Shown: piece by piece, positions 20,152-28,866 of the stretch
How positions within the stretch are numbered: position 1 is the stretch's first letter
Layout of the letters: the number at the start of each line of letters is the position of its first letter
NCBI GenBank assembly: GCA_965261595.1
Contig: CBDHDG010000005.1
Coordinates: 608,001-672,000, forward strand
Direction: 5' to 3'
DNA length: 64,000 nt
DNA from: a bacterium
Lineage (GTDB): Bacteria; UBA8248; JACPRG01; G963555815
The notes under the pieces: model-generated
What the model was told of the DNA's origin: nothing
Database searches by the model: none
Seen by the model: only the letters and a program-made list of their open reading frames with translations
Program-made: the position numbers and the translations under genes

Positions 20152-21249
20152 ATGAGCGAAAAAAAGGGATGGACGCGGCGGCGGTTTATCCGCGCGGTGG
20201 GGGCCGGCACCGCGGTTGCCGGCCTGCCTGTGTACCTGAACCCGAGGGTCTCGCGGTCGGCCAAGATGACCAAGATCCTCTACGGCGAAGCCCCCTTTAT
20301 CAGCAAAGGGCCGAACATGATCGCCCTGGCCAAGGGCTTCTACAAGAAGATGGGTCTGGACGTGTCCTTCAAGTGGTTCTTCGACGGAGGCCTCGTCGTC
20401 GCGCCGCTCCTGGCGGGTGAGCTGGACATGGGCAGCCTGACCCCCTCGGCCGGCTTCTTCAACGCCGTCGCCCGGGGCGGCGACCTGACCATGTTCCTCG
20501 GCGGCGGCACCGAGTCCCGGCGGGACCGCGGCTACGTCGTCACCGTCGTCAGCCAGAAACTGTACGACCAAGGCATCCGTTCTCCGGGGGATCTCAAGAA
20601 GATCGCCGATCTGCCCGCCCACATGTCGGTGAAGGGAAGCATCAACGAGTACGCCCTGGACAAGACCTACCTGGCGGGCGGCGTCGATCCGCGGAAGATC
20701 CGCTACGACTACGGACTCCCCCAACCGAAGGCCATGCAGCTCATGATGAAAGGCCGGGTCAACATCTCGAACTTCGCCTGCCACTTCGCCTGGATCATGG
20801 CGAAGGCCAAAAAGGCCAGGATCATCGATCACGCCTCCGACTCGGCCACGGAGGCGATCATCTCCCTCTCCTCGTACTCCAGGAAGAAGATGGCCGATGT
20901 CGGACGCGAGAACTACGTCCGCTTCGCCATGGCCTTCCTCCAGGGCGTCAAGCTTTTCAATGAAGCGGCGGGCCAAAAGCCGCCCCCGAACGACATCATC
21001 GACATCCTGTCGAAGTACACGGTCTTCAAAGGGGAAAAAGGCCGAGGACTGATGAGGGGAATCGCGCCTCACTGGGCCTGGACCGAGCCGGACGCCAAGC
21101 CCAACAAAGCGACCCTCGCGAAGATGCAGGATCACTGGGTGGATTACCGCGGCTACGTCAAGAAAAAGGCGCCGATCGATCAGTTGGCCGATGCCAGCAT
21201 CGCCCATGAAGCGGCCATCCGGCTGAAGAAAGAGAAGCCTTTCGGCTGA
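20152..21249 (+). CDS. ABC substrate-binding protein (NMT1/SsuA-like) with Tat signal
   Basis: TRRRFI Tat motif; IALAKGFYKKMGLDV. Confidence 0.85.
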   Translation: MSEKKGWTRRRFIRAVGAGTAVAGLPVYLNPRVSRSAKMTKILYGEAPFISKGPNMIALAKGFYKKMGLDVSFKWFFDGGLVVAPLLAGELDMGSLTPSAGFFNAVARGGDLTMFLGGGTESRRDRGYVVTVVSQKLYDQGIRSPGDLKKIADLPAHMSVKGSINEYALDKTYLAGGVDPRKIRYDYGLPQPKAMQLMMKGRVNISNFACHFAWIMAKAKKARIIDHASDSATEAIISLSSYSRKKMADVGRENYVRFAMAFLQGVKLFNEAAGQKPPPNDIIDILSKYTVFKGEKGRGLMRGIAPHWAWTEPDAKPNKATLAKMQDHWVDYRGYVKKKAPIDQLADASIAHEAAIRLKKEKPFG

Positions 21250-21396
21250 AAAGCGCGAAGTCCCGCGCGGCCGCCGGCGGGGGTGGAGCTCACGGCGTTG
21301 ATCTCCGCCCCCGCCGTTTTTCCCGGGGCCGCGCCACCGGGAGAAACGCTCGGCGCCTGCCCGGCGAAAACCCCTCCCACGGAGGAAGCAACCCCC

Positions 21397-22737
21397 ATGT
21401 CTCCCCAAGTGAAGACCGCGAAGGGCCGAAGTGGCAAGGCCGCGGGTTCCTCCCTGAAGCGGCGCGCGGTTGAATTCCTGAATCAACGCGCCGGCCACAT
21501 GAACCGCGTGGCCCGGCAAATTTGGGAGAGGCCGGAGCTCGGCCTCGAAGAGCGTTATGCGGCGGCCCTTCTGGTCGAGGAGCTTGAAGACGCGGGCTTT
21601 CAGGTGGAAACGGGCGTGGCCGGAATGCCCACCGCCTTCGTCGCCCGCTGGGGGAAGGGCCGTCCGACCATCGGCCTCATCGCCGAGTACGACGCCGTTC
21701 CCAACTGCGGCCGAAAAAAAACGGAGAACGGCCACGGGTGCGGACACAACCTGTTCGGCACGGCGAGCGTCTCCGCCGGCATCGCGCTCAGGACCCTGAT
21801 GGAGGAGAAGGGCGTCAAGGGGACGATCAAGATGTTCGGCACGCCCGCGGAGGAAATGTTGCTCGGGAAGGTCGTCATGGTGAAGCACGGCCTGTTCGAC
21901 GGGCTGGACATCGCCCTTTCCTGGCATCCCGGCGAAGGGACGCATTCCGATTACGGTTCATTTATGGCCCTGGATTCGGTGACGTTCGAGTTTTTCGGCG
22001 AGAGCGCTCATGCCCAGATGGACCCGGAAAAGGGCCGCAGCGCCCTGGACGCCCTGGAGCTGATGAACGCGGGCGTCAGCCGCCTTCGCGCGCAGGCCCC
22101 GCCGGACACCGGGATTAATTACGTCATTCTCGAAGGCGGGCGGATTCCCATCGTCGTCGTGCCGTACGCCAAGGCGTGGTATTCGATTTGGACGCCCACG
22201 CGCGCCCAGACCGAAGGTGTCACGAAGGAGGTCAAGCGCATGGCGCGCGGGGCCGCCAAAGCCACGGGAACGCGCGTGAGAATCAAGCATGTCTCGGGCA
22301 CCTACCACCGTCTCCCCAACGTCGCCCTGGGAGAGTTGATCGATCGGAACCTGCGGTGGGTGGAGGCGCCGAAGTTCTCCAAAGCCGACAAGGCCTCGGC
22401 CCGAAAGCTCGGATTCAAAGAACCGCTGGTCGAGTGGGTGGAGCCCGCCGTCAAGGATCATCACCTCACACGGGTCAGCAATGACCAGTGCAACGTAAGC
22501 TGGCTGGTCCCGTTCGGCTTCTTCCGCACCACGTGCCGGGCGCCCGGCACGCCCCAACATCACTGGCTCGCGACACAGCAATACGGCTTGGCCATCGGCT
22601 GGAAGGGGATGCTCGCGGCCTCCAAGACGCTGGCCTGCACCGCCGTGGATCTGCTCACGCAACCGGCCGTTCTTCGGAAGATTCGCAAGGAATTCAGCGA
22701 AAAGACCCGGGGATTCCAGTATCGGTCGCCCATTTGA
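21397..22737 (+). CDS. M20 amidohydrolase, AbgB-like
   Basis: PELGLEE, EYDA, GHGCGHNLFG, GTPAEE, WHP, GRSALDA. Confidence 0.88.
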   Translation: MSPQVKTAKGRSGKAAGSSLKRRAVEFLNQRAGHMNRVARQIWERPELGLEERYAAALLVEELEDAGFQVETGVAGMPTAFVARWGKGRPTIGLIAEYDAVPNCGRKKTENGHGCGHNLFGTASVSAGIALRTLMEEKGVKGTIKMFGTPAEEMLLGKVVMVKHGLFDGLDIALSWHPGEGTHSDYGSFMALDSVTFEFFGESAHAQMDPEKGRSALDALELMNAGVSRLRAQAPPDTGINYVILEGGRIPIVVVPYAKAWYSIWTPTRAQTEGVTKEVKRMARGAAKATGTRVRIKHVSGTYHRLPNVALGELIDRNLRWVEAPKFSKADKASARKLGFKEPLVEWVEPAVKDHHLTRVSNDQCNVSWLVPFGFFRTTCRAPGTPQHHWLATQQYGLAIGWKGMLAASKTLACTAVDLLTQPAVLRKIRKEFSEKTRGFQYRSPI

Positions 22738-23003
22738 TTCGCGGAATATCCCCGCCGGTCTCGACCCGGTTCGGTCTCCTCCCCCTATCCATCCCGACCG
22801 GGATTTGGTATCATGCCATCCACCATGAAAGACCTCGGGATTGGCGACTCGGCCAAATCCGTTTGACAAATGCCCGAGCGAAATCCAAATTTTTCGTATA
22901 GACATGATTCCCGTTTCCGGCAGCCGGGTTGTCTTCGGCGCGCGCCGGCGGTTCCATGGCGAGACGGAGGGAATCCACTGAAGGGGCGTGTGGAGATCTG
23001 CCG

Positions 23004-24149
23004 ATGAGCGACGTTCTTTTTGAGATCACCAAGGACCATCTGGACACCGGACTGCGCGGCTTCCCCGTCGGTCACCTTTGGACCAGCAAGGTCGACCCCA
23101 TCAAGGGGCTCTACTACGTGGGACGGCCGATAGCGGAGCTTTGCGACCACGATCCCGAGCAGGTCATGTTTCTGCTCCTGAACAAGCGCTTTCCCTCCGA
23201 CACAGAGGACAAGGAATTCCGCGCCGACCTGACTCGGCGCGCCCGGAACTTCCCGAAAGGCGTTCTGGATCTGCTGAAGGCCCTGCCCCGGGAAGGCCAT
23301 CCCATGGAATGGTTCTTGGCGGGGCTTCTCTATCTCGGCATGTCCGGCAAGGAGGAGGATTACGCCGAAGACGGCTTGAACCTGATCGCCTGGGTGAACG
23401 AGCTGGTGGCGGCCATCTTCCGGATCCGGGCGGGCTGGGGCGATCTCATCCCGAGCGAGCCCGAGCGCGGATACGTGGAGAACTTCGCCCATATGCTGGG
23501 CGCGCCGGACGCCCATCCGGAAGCGACCCGGGTCCTGCGGCTGATGCACATCATGCACTACGACCACGGCGGCGGGAACCTGAGCACGCTCACGGGCAAG
23601 GCCGTCGCGTCGGGGCTCGCGGACATCTTCACGTCGATGGCGGCCGCCATGGCCGGACTGTACGGACCCCGCCACGGGCGCGCCAACCAGGACGCCCTGA
23701 ATTTCATCCGCGAAGTCGGCGACCCGGACCCGGAGCACGTCCGGAAATTCATCCAGAATTGCCTGGCGACCAAAAAGCTGGTGTTCGGTTTCGGTCACGC
23801 CGTCCTGCGCGCCGAAGACCCCAGGGCGACCATCGGCTACGGGGTGGGCGGGAAGTATTTCGCCGACGACGAGAACATCCGGATCGCCCTGACCCTGCGC
23901 ACGGAAGCCCCGCCCATCTTGAAGGAAACGGGGAAGATCGCGAACCCCTACCCCAATGTGGACGCCATCACGGGCTCCCTGTTGAACGCGATCGGCCTGA
24001 CCGACTCGGACTACTATACGGCCCTGTTCGGCTGGTCCCGCACGGTGGGCATCGCCGCGCAGATCATCGACGAGCGGGTCCACTTCCGAGGCGGCCGGGG
24101 CACGCCCATCTATCGCTGCGCCTACATCTACGAAGAAGCGCCCGACTGA
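23004..24149 (+). CDS. Citrate (Si)-synthase, eukaryote-like type
   Basis: DHGGGNLS, GPRHGRAN, GFGHAVLR..DPR, PNVDA. Confidence 0.88.
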   Translation: MSDVLFEITKDHLDTGLRGFPVGHLWTSKVDPIKGLYYVGRPIAELCDHDPEQVMFLLLNKRFPSDTEDKEFRADLTRRARNFPKGVLDLLKALPREGHPMEWFLAGLLYLGMSGKEEDYAEDGLNLIAWVNELVAAIFRIRAGWGDLIPSEPERGYVENFAHMLGAPDAHPEATRVLRLMHIMHYDHGGGNLSTLTGKAVASGLADIFTSMAAAMAGLYGPRHGRANQDALNFIREVGDPDPEHVRKFIQNCLATKKLVFGFGHAVLRAEDPRATIGYGVGGKYFADDENIRIALTLRTEAPPILKETGKIANPYPNVDAITGSLLNAIGLTDSDYYTALFGWSRTVGIAAQIIDERVHFRGGRGTPIYRCAYIYEEAPD

Positions 24150-24375
24150 TCCCCGCCCGGCGGGTTGCTGAAAATCTTATCGTCGATGACCCGTTGGCCT
24201 CTTATCAGAGGCAAGTCCGTTCCGACGGTGTTCCATGGTCGGGAGCGGCTTGGCGTCCTCCCGTCTTTTTCGCTTCCCGCCGCCCCCTGAAAAACCGAGG
24301 TACAATCAATTGTGGGTCCGTCCGCGGGGCGGCGTCCATTCCAGTAATTTGACCGAGCCTCCAACCGGAGGTCCC

Positions 24376-25512
24376 ATGCAGACGCGCATCCGAAGCGTAT
24401 TAATGAGAGGCGGGACCAGCAAGGGGCTTTTCTTCCGGGAAGCCGATCTTCCCGAAGACCCCGCCCTGCGCGACGCCATACTCCTGCGCGTCATGGGCAG
24501 CCCCGACGCCCGCCAGATCGACGGCCTGGGCTCGGGGTTCTCAAGCGCGAGCAAAGTGGCCATCCTCGCGCCGCCCCTTGAGGACGGCGGTCCGGTCCGG
24601 TACACCTTCGGACAGGTCGGCATCGGCGCCGCAACCGTGGATTACCGGGGCAACTGCGGAAACCTCTCCGCGGCGGTCGGCCCCTTCGCCATCGAGGAGG
24701 GGTGGATCGAGGCGGTCGAGCCCGTCACCCGTGTCGAGATCCTCAACACGAACACCGGCAAGATGATCCTGGCCGAGGCGCCCGTCCGCGGGGGGATGTT
24801 CCAGGCCGAAGGAGACTGCTCGATCCCGGGGGTTCCCGGAACGGGGGCGCCCATCCACCTGAGCTACGAAGACCCCGGCGGCGCGGTGACCGGGGCGCTC
24901 CTGCCCACGGGCAAACGGTCGGAAACCGTGGCCGTCCCCGGAAGAGGGGAAATCGAGGTCTCCATTGTGGACGCCGGCAACCCGGCCGTTTTCGTTCGGG
25001 CGAAAGACCTCGGCCTCGAAGCGATCCCGACTCCGGGGGAGGTGGACGGGAGCCTGGAACTGATGGCTGCGCTGGAGCACATCCGGGCCGTCGCGGCGGA
25101 GCGTTGCGGTCTCGTCGAGGACGCCCGGGAGGCCGCGGACCGGTCTCCGGCTATCCCCAAAGTCGCCCTCGCGGCGCCGCCGGAAGGGGAGGCCCACCTC
25201 TCCGCCCTCATCATCTCGATGGGCAAGGCCCACGGGGCCTACGCCCTCACGGGGGCCATCGCCACGTGCGCGGCGGCGAAGATCCGGGGAACGGTGGTCC
25301 ACGCCGTCGCTCGGGAAACAGCGGAAGGGGGGGGGGAAGTCACCTTGCGGCACCCCTCCGGAGACCTGACGATGGAAGTGGACATGGAAGAGACGGAGGA
25401 CGGGATCAGGATCCGGTGGGTCAAGACCGTGCGGACGGCCCGGCGGCTGATGGAGGGGTTCGTCCTGGTCCCCGGGGATTTGTTGAAGGCGGGTCCGGCG
25501 GCGAACGTCTGA
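24376..25512 (+). CDS. PrpF / methylitaconate isomerase family protein
   Basis: MRGGTSKG, QIDGLG, NCGNLS, HPSG, RTARRLMEG. Confidence 0.9.
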   Translation: MQTRIRSVLMRGGTSKGLFFREADLPEDPALRDAILLRVMGSPDARQIDGLGSGFSSASKVAILAPPLEDGGPVRYTFGQVGIGAATVDYRGNCGNLSAAVGPFAIEEGWIEAVEPVTRVEILNTNTGKMILAEAPVRGGMFQAEGDCSIPGVPGTGAPIHLSYEDPGGAVTGALLPTGKRSETVAVPGRGEIEVSIVDAGNPAVFVRAKDLGLEAIPTPGEVDGSLELMAALEHIRAVAAERCGLVEDAREAADRSPAIPKVALAAPPEGEAHLSALIISMGKAHGAYALTGAIATCAAAKIRGTVVHAVARETAEGGGEVTLRHPSGDLTMEVDMEETEDGIRIRWVKTVRTARRLMEGFVLVPGDLLKAGPAANV

Positions 25513-25554
25513 CCCCGTCGATCTCCGAGCCGGGGGATCGAACCAGGAGATATT

Positions 25555-26463
25555 GTGGGAACGAGAGAGAATCCGGCGGAGCGGATCAGGCGTCTCATGG
25601 ACCGGCCGGGGATCATCACGGCCCCGGGGGCGTACGACGCCCTGACGGCCCGGCTTATCGGGGACGCCGGGTTTTCGGTGGTTTACGCCACGGGCGCGGG
25701 GATCTCGAACACCCAGCTCGGCCTGGCGGACAAGGGCCTTCTGAGCTTCGGCGAGATCCTCCACCAGGTGACCCGGATTGTCCATGCGACCGGCCTGCCC
25801 GTCATCGCCGACGCGGACACGGGGTACGGCGGTCCGGCGAACGTGGTCCGGACGGTGGTCGAGCTTGGCCGGGCGGGCGTGGGGGCGATCCAGATCGAGG
25901 ACCAGGTTTTCCCCAAGCAGTGCGGACACTTCGAGGGGAAAGCGGTGATTCCCCCGGCCGAGATGGTTGGAAAAATCGAGGCCGCCCTCGAAGCCCGAGC
26001 AACGCTTGGCGGCGGGGATGGCGAGGGTCTGGTGATTATCGCCCGGACGGACGCGCGGGAGGCGGAGGGCCTGGACGCGGCCATCGAGCGGGCGCGGGCT
26101 TACGCCGCCGCCGGCGCGGATCTCACGTTCGTCGAGGCTCCGCAAACCCGCGAGGAATTGGCGCGCGTCCCGAAGGAGGTCCCGCTGCCCCAAGTGGCCA
26201 ACATGGTCGAGGGCGGAAAAACGCCCCTCCTCTCCGGCCCGGAGCTCGATGAAATGGGCTTCAAGGTGGTCCTGTTCGCGAACTGCGTCCTGCGGGCGGG
26301 CGCCAAAGGGGTCCAGGATGTTCTGCGCGTTTTGAAAGGGGAAGGGACGACGGCCGGCCATCTGGATTCTCTCATCACGATGGAAGAACGGAACCGTCTG
26401 ACCCGCCTGGATGAGGTCAGCGAGTGGGACAGGAAATACGGAGGCCGCCCCGGAGACGCGTGA
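25555..26463 (+). CDS. Isocitrate lyase/PEP mutase superfamily lyase (methylisocitrate or 2,3-dimethylmalate lyase-like)
   Basis: DADTGYG, IEDQVFPKQCGH, IARTDA, NMVEGGKTP. Confidence 0.88.
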   Translation: MGTRENPAERIRRLMDRPGIITAPGAYDALTARLIGDAGFSVVYATGAGISNTQLGLADKGLLSFGEILHQVTRIVHATGLPVIADADTGYGGPANVVRTVVELGRAGVGAIQIEDQVFPKQCGHFEGKAVIPPAEMVGKIEAALEARATLGGGDGEGLVIIARTDAREAEGLDAAIERARAYAAAGADLTFVEAPQTREELARVPKEVPLPQVANMVEGGKTPLLSGPELDEMGFKVVLFANCVLRAGAKGVQDVLRVLKGEGTTAGHLDSLITMEERNRLTRLDEVSEWDRKYGGRPGDA

Positions 26464-26566
26464 AGGGGGGATTCCCTTTCAAAAAGAGCTCGTATGTTTC
26501 TCTCGGCGCGGCGCGATAGAATGCCGGCGCCGGCGCGTGGAATCGCGGGCATGGGAGCGACAGGCA

Positions 26567-27388
26567 TTGCGAATCGTTGAAGTCGGAGACATCCGGATCG
26601 GCGGGGGCGGTTTGACGCTCATCGCCGGTCCCTGCGTCATCGAGTCCGAGGAGGAAGCCCTGGCTGCGGCCGTTCGGCTGAAGGCGATCTGCGCCGGGGC
26701 CGGCGTCCCCCTCATCTACAAATCCTCTTTCGACAAGGCGAACCGCTCCTCGATCAAGTCCTTCCGGGGACCCGGGCGCGAAGCCGGGCTGGCGATCCTC
26801 CGCCGCGTCCGGGACGAGACCGGCCTTCCCGTCCTTTCCGACGTCCATTCGGTCGAGGATGTCGAGGCCGCCGCGCCGCACCTGGATATCCTCCAGATTC
26901 CCGCTTTTCTTTCCCGCCAGACGGACCTGTTGGCGGCCGCCGCGAAGACGGAGAGGCCGATCAACGTGAAGAAGGGCCAGTTCCTCGCGCCCTGGGACCT
27001 CGGGAACGTCGTCGAGAAGCTGGAATCGGCGGGGGCCGAGGGCATCCTGATCACCGAGCGGGGGACCTCGTTCGGGTACAACAACCTCGTCGCCGACCTG
27101 AGATCACTTGTGATCCTCAGGCAGTACGAATGGCCGGTGGTCTTCGACGTGACGCACAGCGTCCAGCTTCCGGGCGGGGGGGGGGACGTTTCGGGGGGAG
27201 ACCGGGGCTTCGTCCCGGCCCTGGCCCGGGCGGGCGCGGCGGTGGGCGTGAACGCGCTTTTCATCGAGTGTCACGCCGACCCGGACAGCGCCCTCTCCGA
27301 CGGCCCGAACATGCTTCCGCTCGACGACCTGCCGGAGCTGCTCGAATCGGTGAAGGCCATTCACGAACAAGTCTGGTCCCGTTTGTAG
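26567..27388 (+). CDS. kdsA: KDO-8-phosphate synthase
   Basis: IAGPCVIE, SFDKANRSS, KKGQF, ERG, DVTHSVQ, SDGPN; TTG start after GGGAG. Confidence 0.95.
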   Translation: MRIVEVGDIRIGGGGLTLIAGPCVIESEEEALAAAVRLKAICAGAGVPLIYKSSFDKANRSSIKSFRGPGREAGLAILRRVRDETGLPVLSDVHSVEDVEAAAPHLDILQIPAFLSRQTDLLAAAAKTERPINVKKGQFLAPWDLGNVVEKLESAGAEGILITERGTSFGYNNLVADLRSLVILRQYEWPVVFDVTHSVQLPGGGGDVSGGDRGFVPALARAGAAVGVNALFIECHADPDSALSDGPNMLPLDDLPELLESVKAIHEQVWSRL

Positions 27389-27474
27389 GACCGGCCGAGC
27401 TTTTAACCAGGCGGTGCGGGAATCCGGGTCGGTTGACCCCCGGCCCGCCTTCATCTTTCGAGGGGAGAGAGCAG

Positions 27475-28062
27475 ATGAGCATGGACATCCCATTCGGCAC
27501 GTTCAACGACGAACTGCCCGGGGGTCGCACGAAGATCACCGCCTATGTGGACTGCGTGAACCTGGAGAGGATGCTTCATGAAGTGGAGGGCCACCAGGTC
27601 ACCGTCCTGACGAAGACCACCGCCTCCGGGAAGGAGAAAGTGGAGCTTGGGGGCCGTGAAGAGCGGTTGGCCTTCCGGGTGGACGAGCCGCCCCGGATTG
27701 GAGGGGGTGGCGAATTTCCGCAACCCCTTACGTACATCGCCGGCGGCGTCGGCGCCTGACTGCTGAGCAATTTGAAGATGTATTCTTCAATGATGAAACT
27801 CAGAATCCGGTCCGCGCGCGTTCACGTCGAGATGGATTTCTATCACGAAGGCTCCGTCCTCCGGGGGACGGTGAAGAGCGGCTGCTCGGAAACCCGGACG
27901 ATTTTTGAGCTGGAATCGGACGAGCCCGAGGACCGGCTCCTGCTTCTCATCCGGAACGCCAAGGGCGGGTGTTTCGCCGAGAACATGATCGAGCAAGCGG
28001 TTCCCCTGAAGAGCGTCATCAAGCTGAACGGCAGGGAGGTCGAGGTTCCGCCGGGTGGATGA
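27475..28062 (+). CDS. OsmC/Ohr-like selenoprotein (Sec95, resolving Cys166), 195 aa
   Basis: ORFs 27130..27759 and 27772..28062 are in frame across TGA 27757: DEPP..GG..FPQPLTYIAGGVGA-U-LLSNL...AKGGCFAEN; downstream hairpin. Confidence 0.82.
27772..27790 (+). promoter_or_regulatory. Putative bacterial SECIS element
   Basis: TTGAAGA-TGTAT-TCTTCAA perfect 7-bp stem; loop G is 21 nt after the TGA. Confidence 0.65.
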
Positions 28063-28175
28063 GGATTGTTGATTTGTGAAAGGGCCGGGGGGGACATCCT
28101 TCGGCTGTGCTCTGGACCGAAAGTATGAAATCGGGCGCGAACGGATTGGGCGGTTTGGCCTGAGGGCGTTCCATT

Positions 28176-28257
28176 GGGGCGGGTGCGGAGCCCCGCCGCT
28201 ACATCTGAGCGCCCTTTGGGTGTTTTCCATGTAAGGGCGGGGCTCCGTACCCGCCCC
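28176..28257. repeat. Inverted pair of GTAG-type REP-like sequences
   Basis: GGGCGGGTGCGGAGCCCCGCCGCTAC ... GTAAGGGCGGGGCTCCGTACCCGCCC. Confidence 0.7.
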
Positions 28258-28329
28258 CGCCTGACGTCGGACCACCCTCCCATCGAATGGGAACCACGGC
28301 CCCAGGGAGGAAATTGTGACTAACTAAGG

Positions 28330-28854
28330 TCAACCGGAAACTTTTCCGCTTTTTCCCGTCAGAAGCATCTCCAACAGGATCAGTCCCACGCCGGTGGTGA
28401 TGGCCGAATCGGCGACGTTGAAGGTCGGCCAGTGGTAGGTCCCCGCGTAAAAATCGAGGAAGTCCACGACTGACTGGTGGACGAGGCGGTCGATGAGGTT
28501 GCCCACCGCCCCGCCCAGGACCAGGGAGAGCCCCAAGCGGTGGAGACGCTGGGCGGGGTCGGTCTTTCGGTAGTAGTAGACAATGCCGACGGAGACGATG
28601 AGCGTGGTGATGATGAAGAAGGGGATGACCCAGGCCGGGTCCCCCGACGCGAGGAAACTGAACGCCGCTCCGGAGTTTCGGACATAGGTCAGATTGAAGA
28701 AGCCGTCGATAACGGGGATGGACTCGCCCAGAAAAAAACGCCTCTGAACGATGACCTTCGTGACCTGATCCAGCAGGACCACCGCCGCCGCGATGGACAC
28801 CAGGGGCGCGAGGCGCGTCTTCCCGGCCGATTTTGACGCGGTGGCCGCGTTCAT
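28330..28854 (-). CDS. lspA: Lipoprotein signal peptidase II
   Basis: DQVTK, NSGAAFS, GAVGNLIDR, VVDF, FNVAD. Confidence 0.97.
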   Translation of the reverse strand: MNAATASKSAGKTRLAPLVSIAAAVVLLDQVTKVIVQRRFFLGESIPVIDGFFNLTYVRNSGAAFSFLASGDPAWVIPFFIITTLIVSVGIVYYYRKTDPAQRLHRLGLSLVLGGAVGNLIDRLVHQSVVDFLDFYAGTYHWPTFNVADSAITTGVGLILLEMLLTGKSGKVSG

Positions 28855-28866
28855 CTCACCCGCCCA

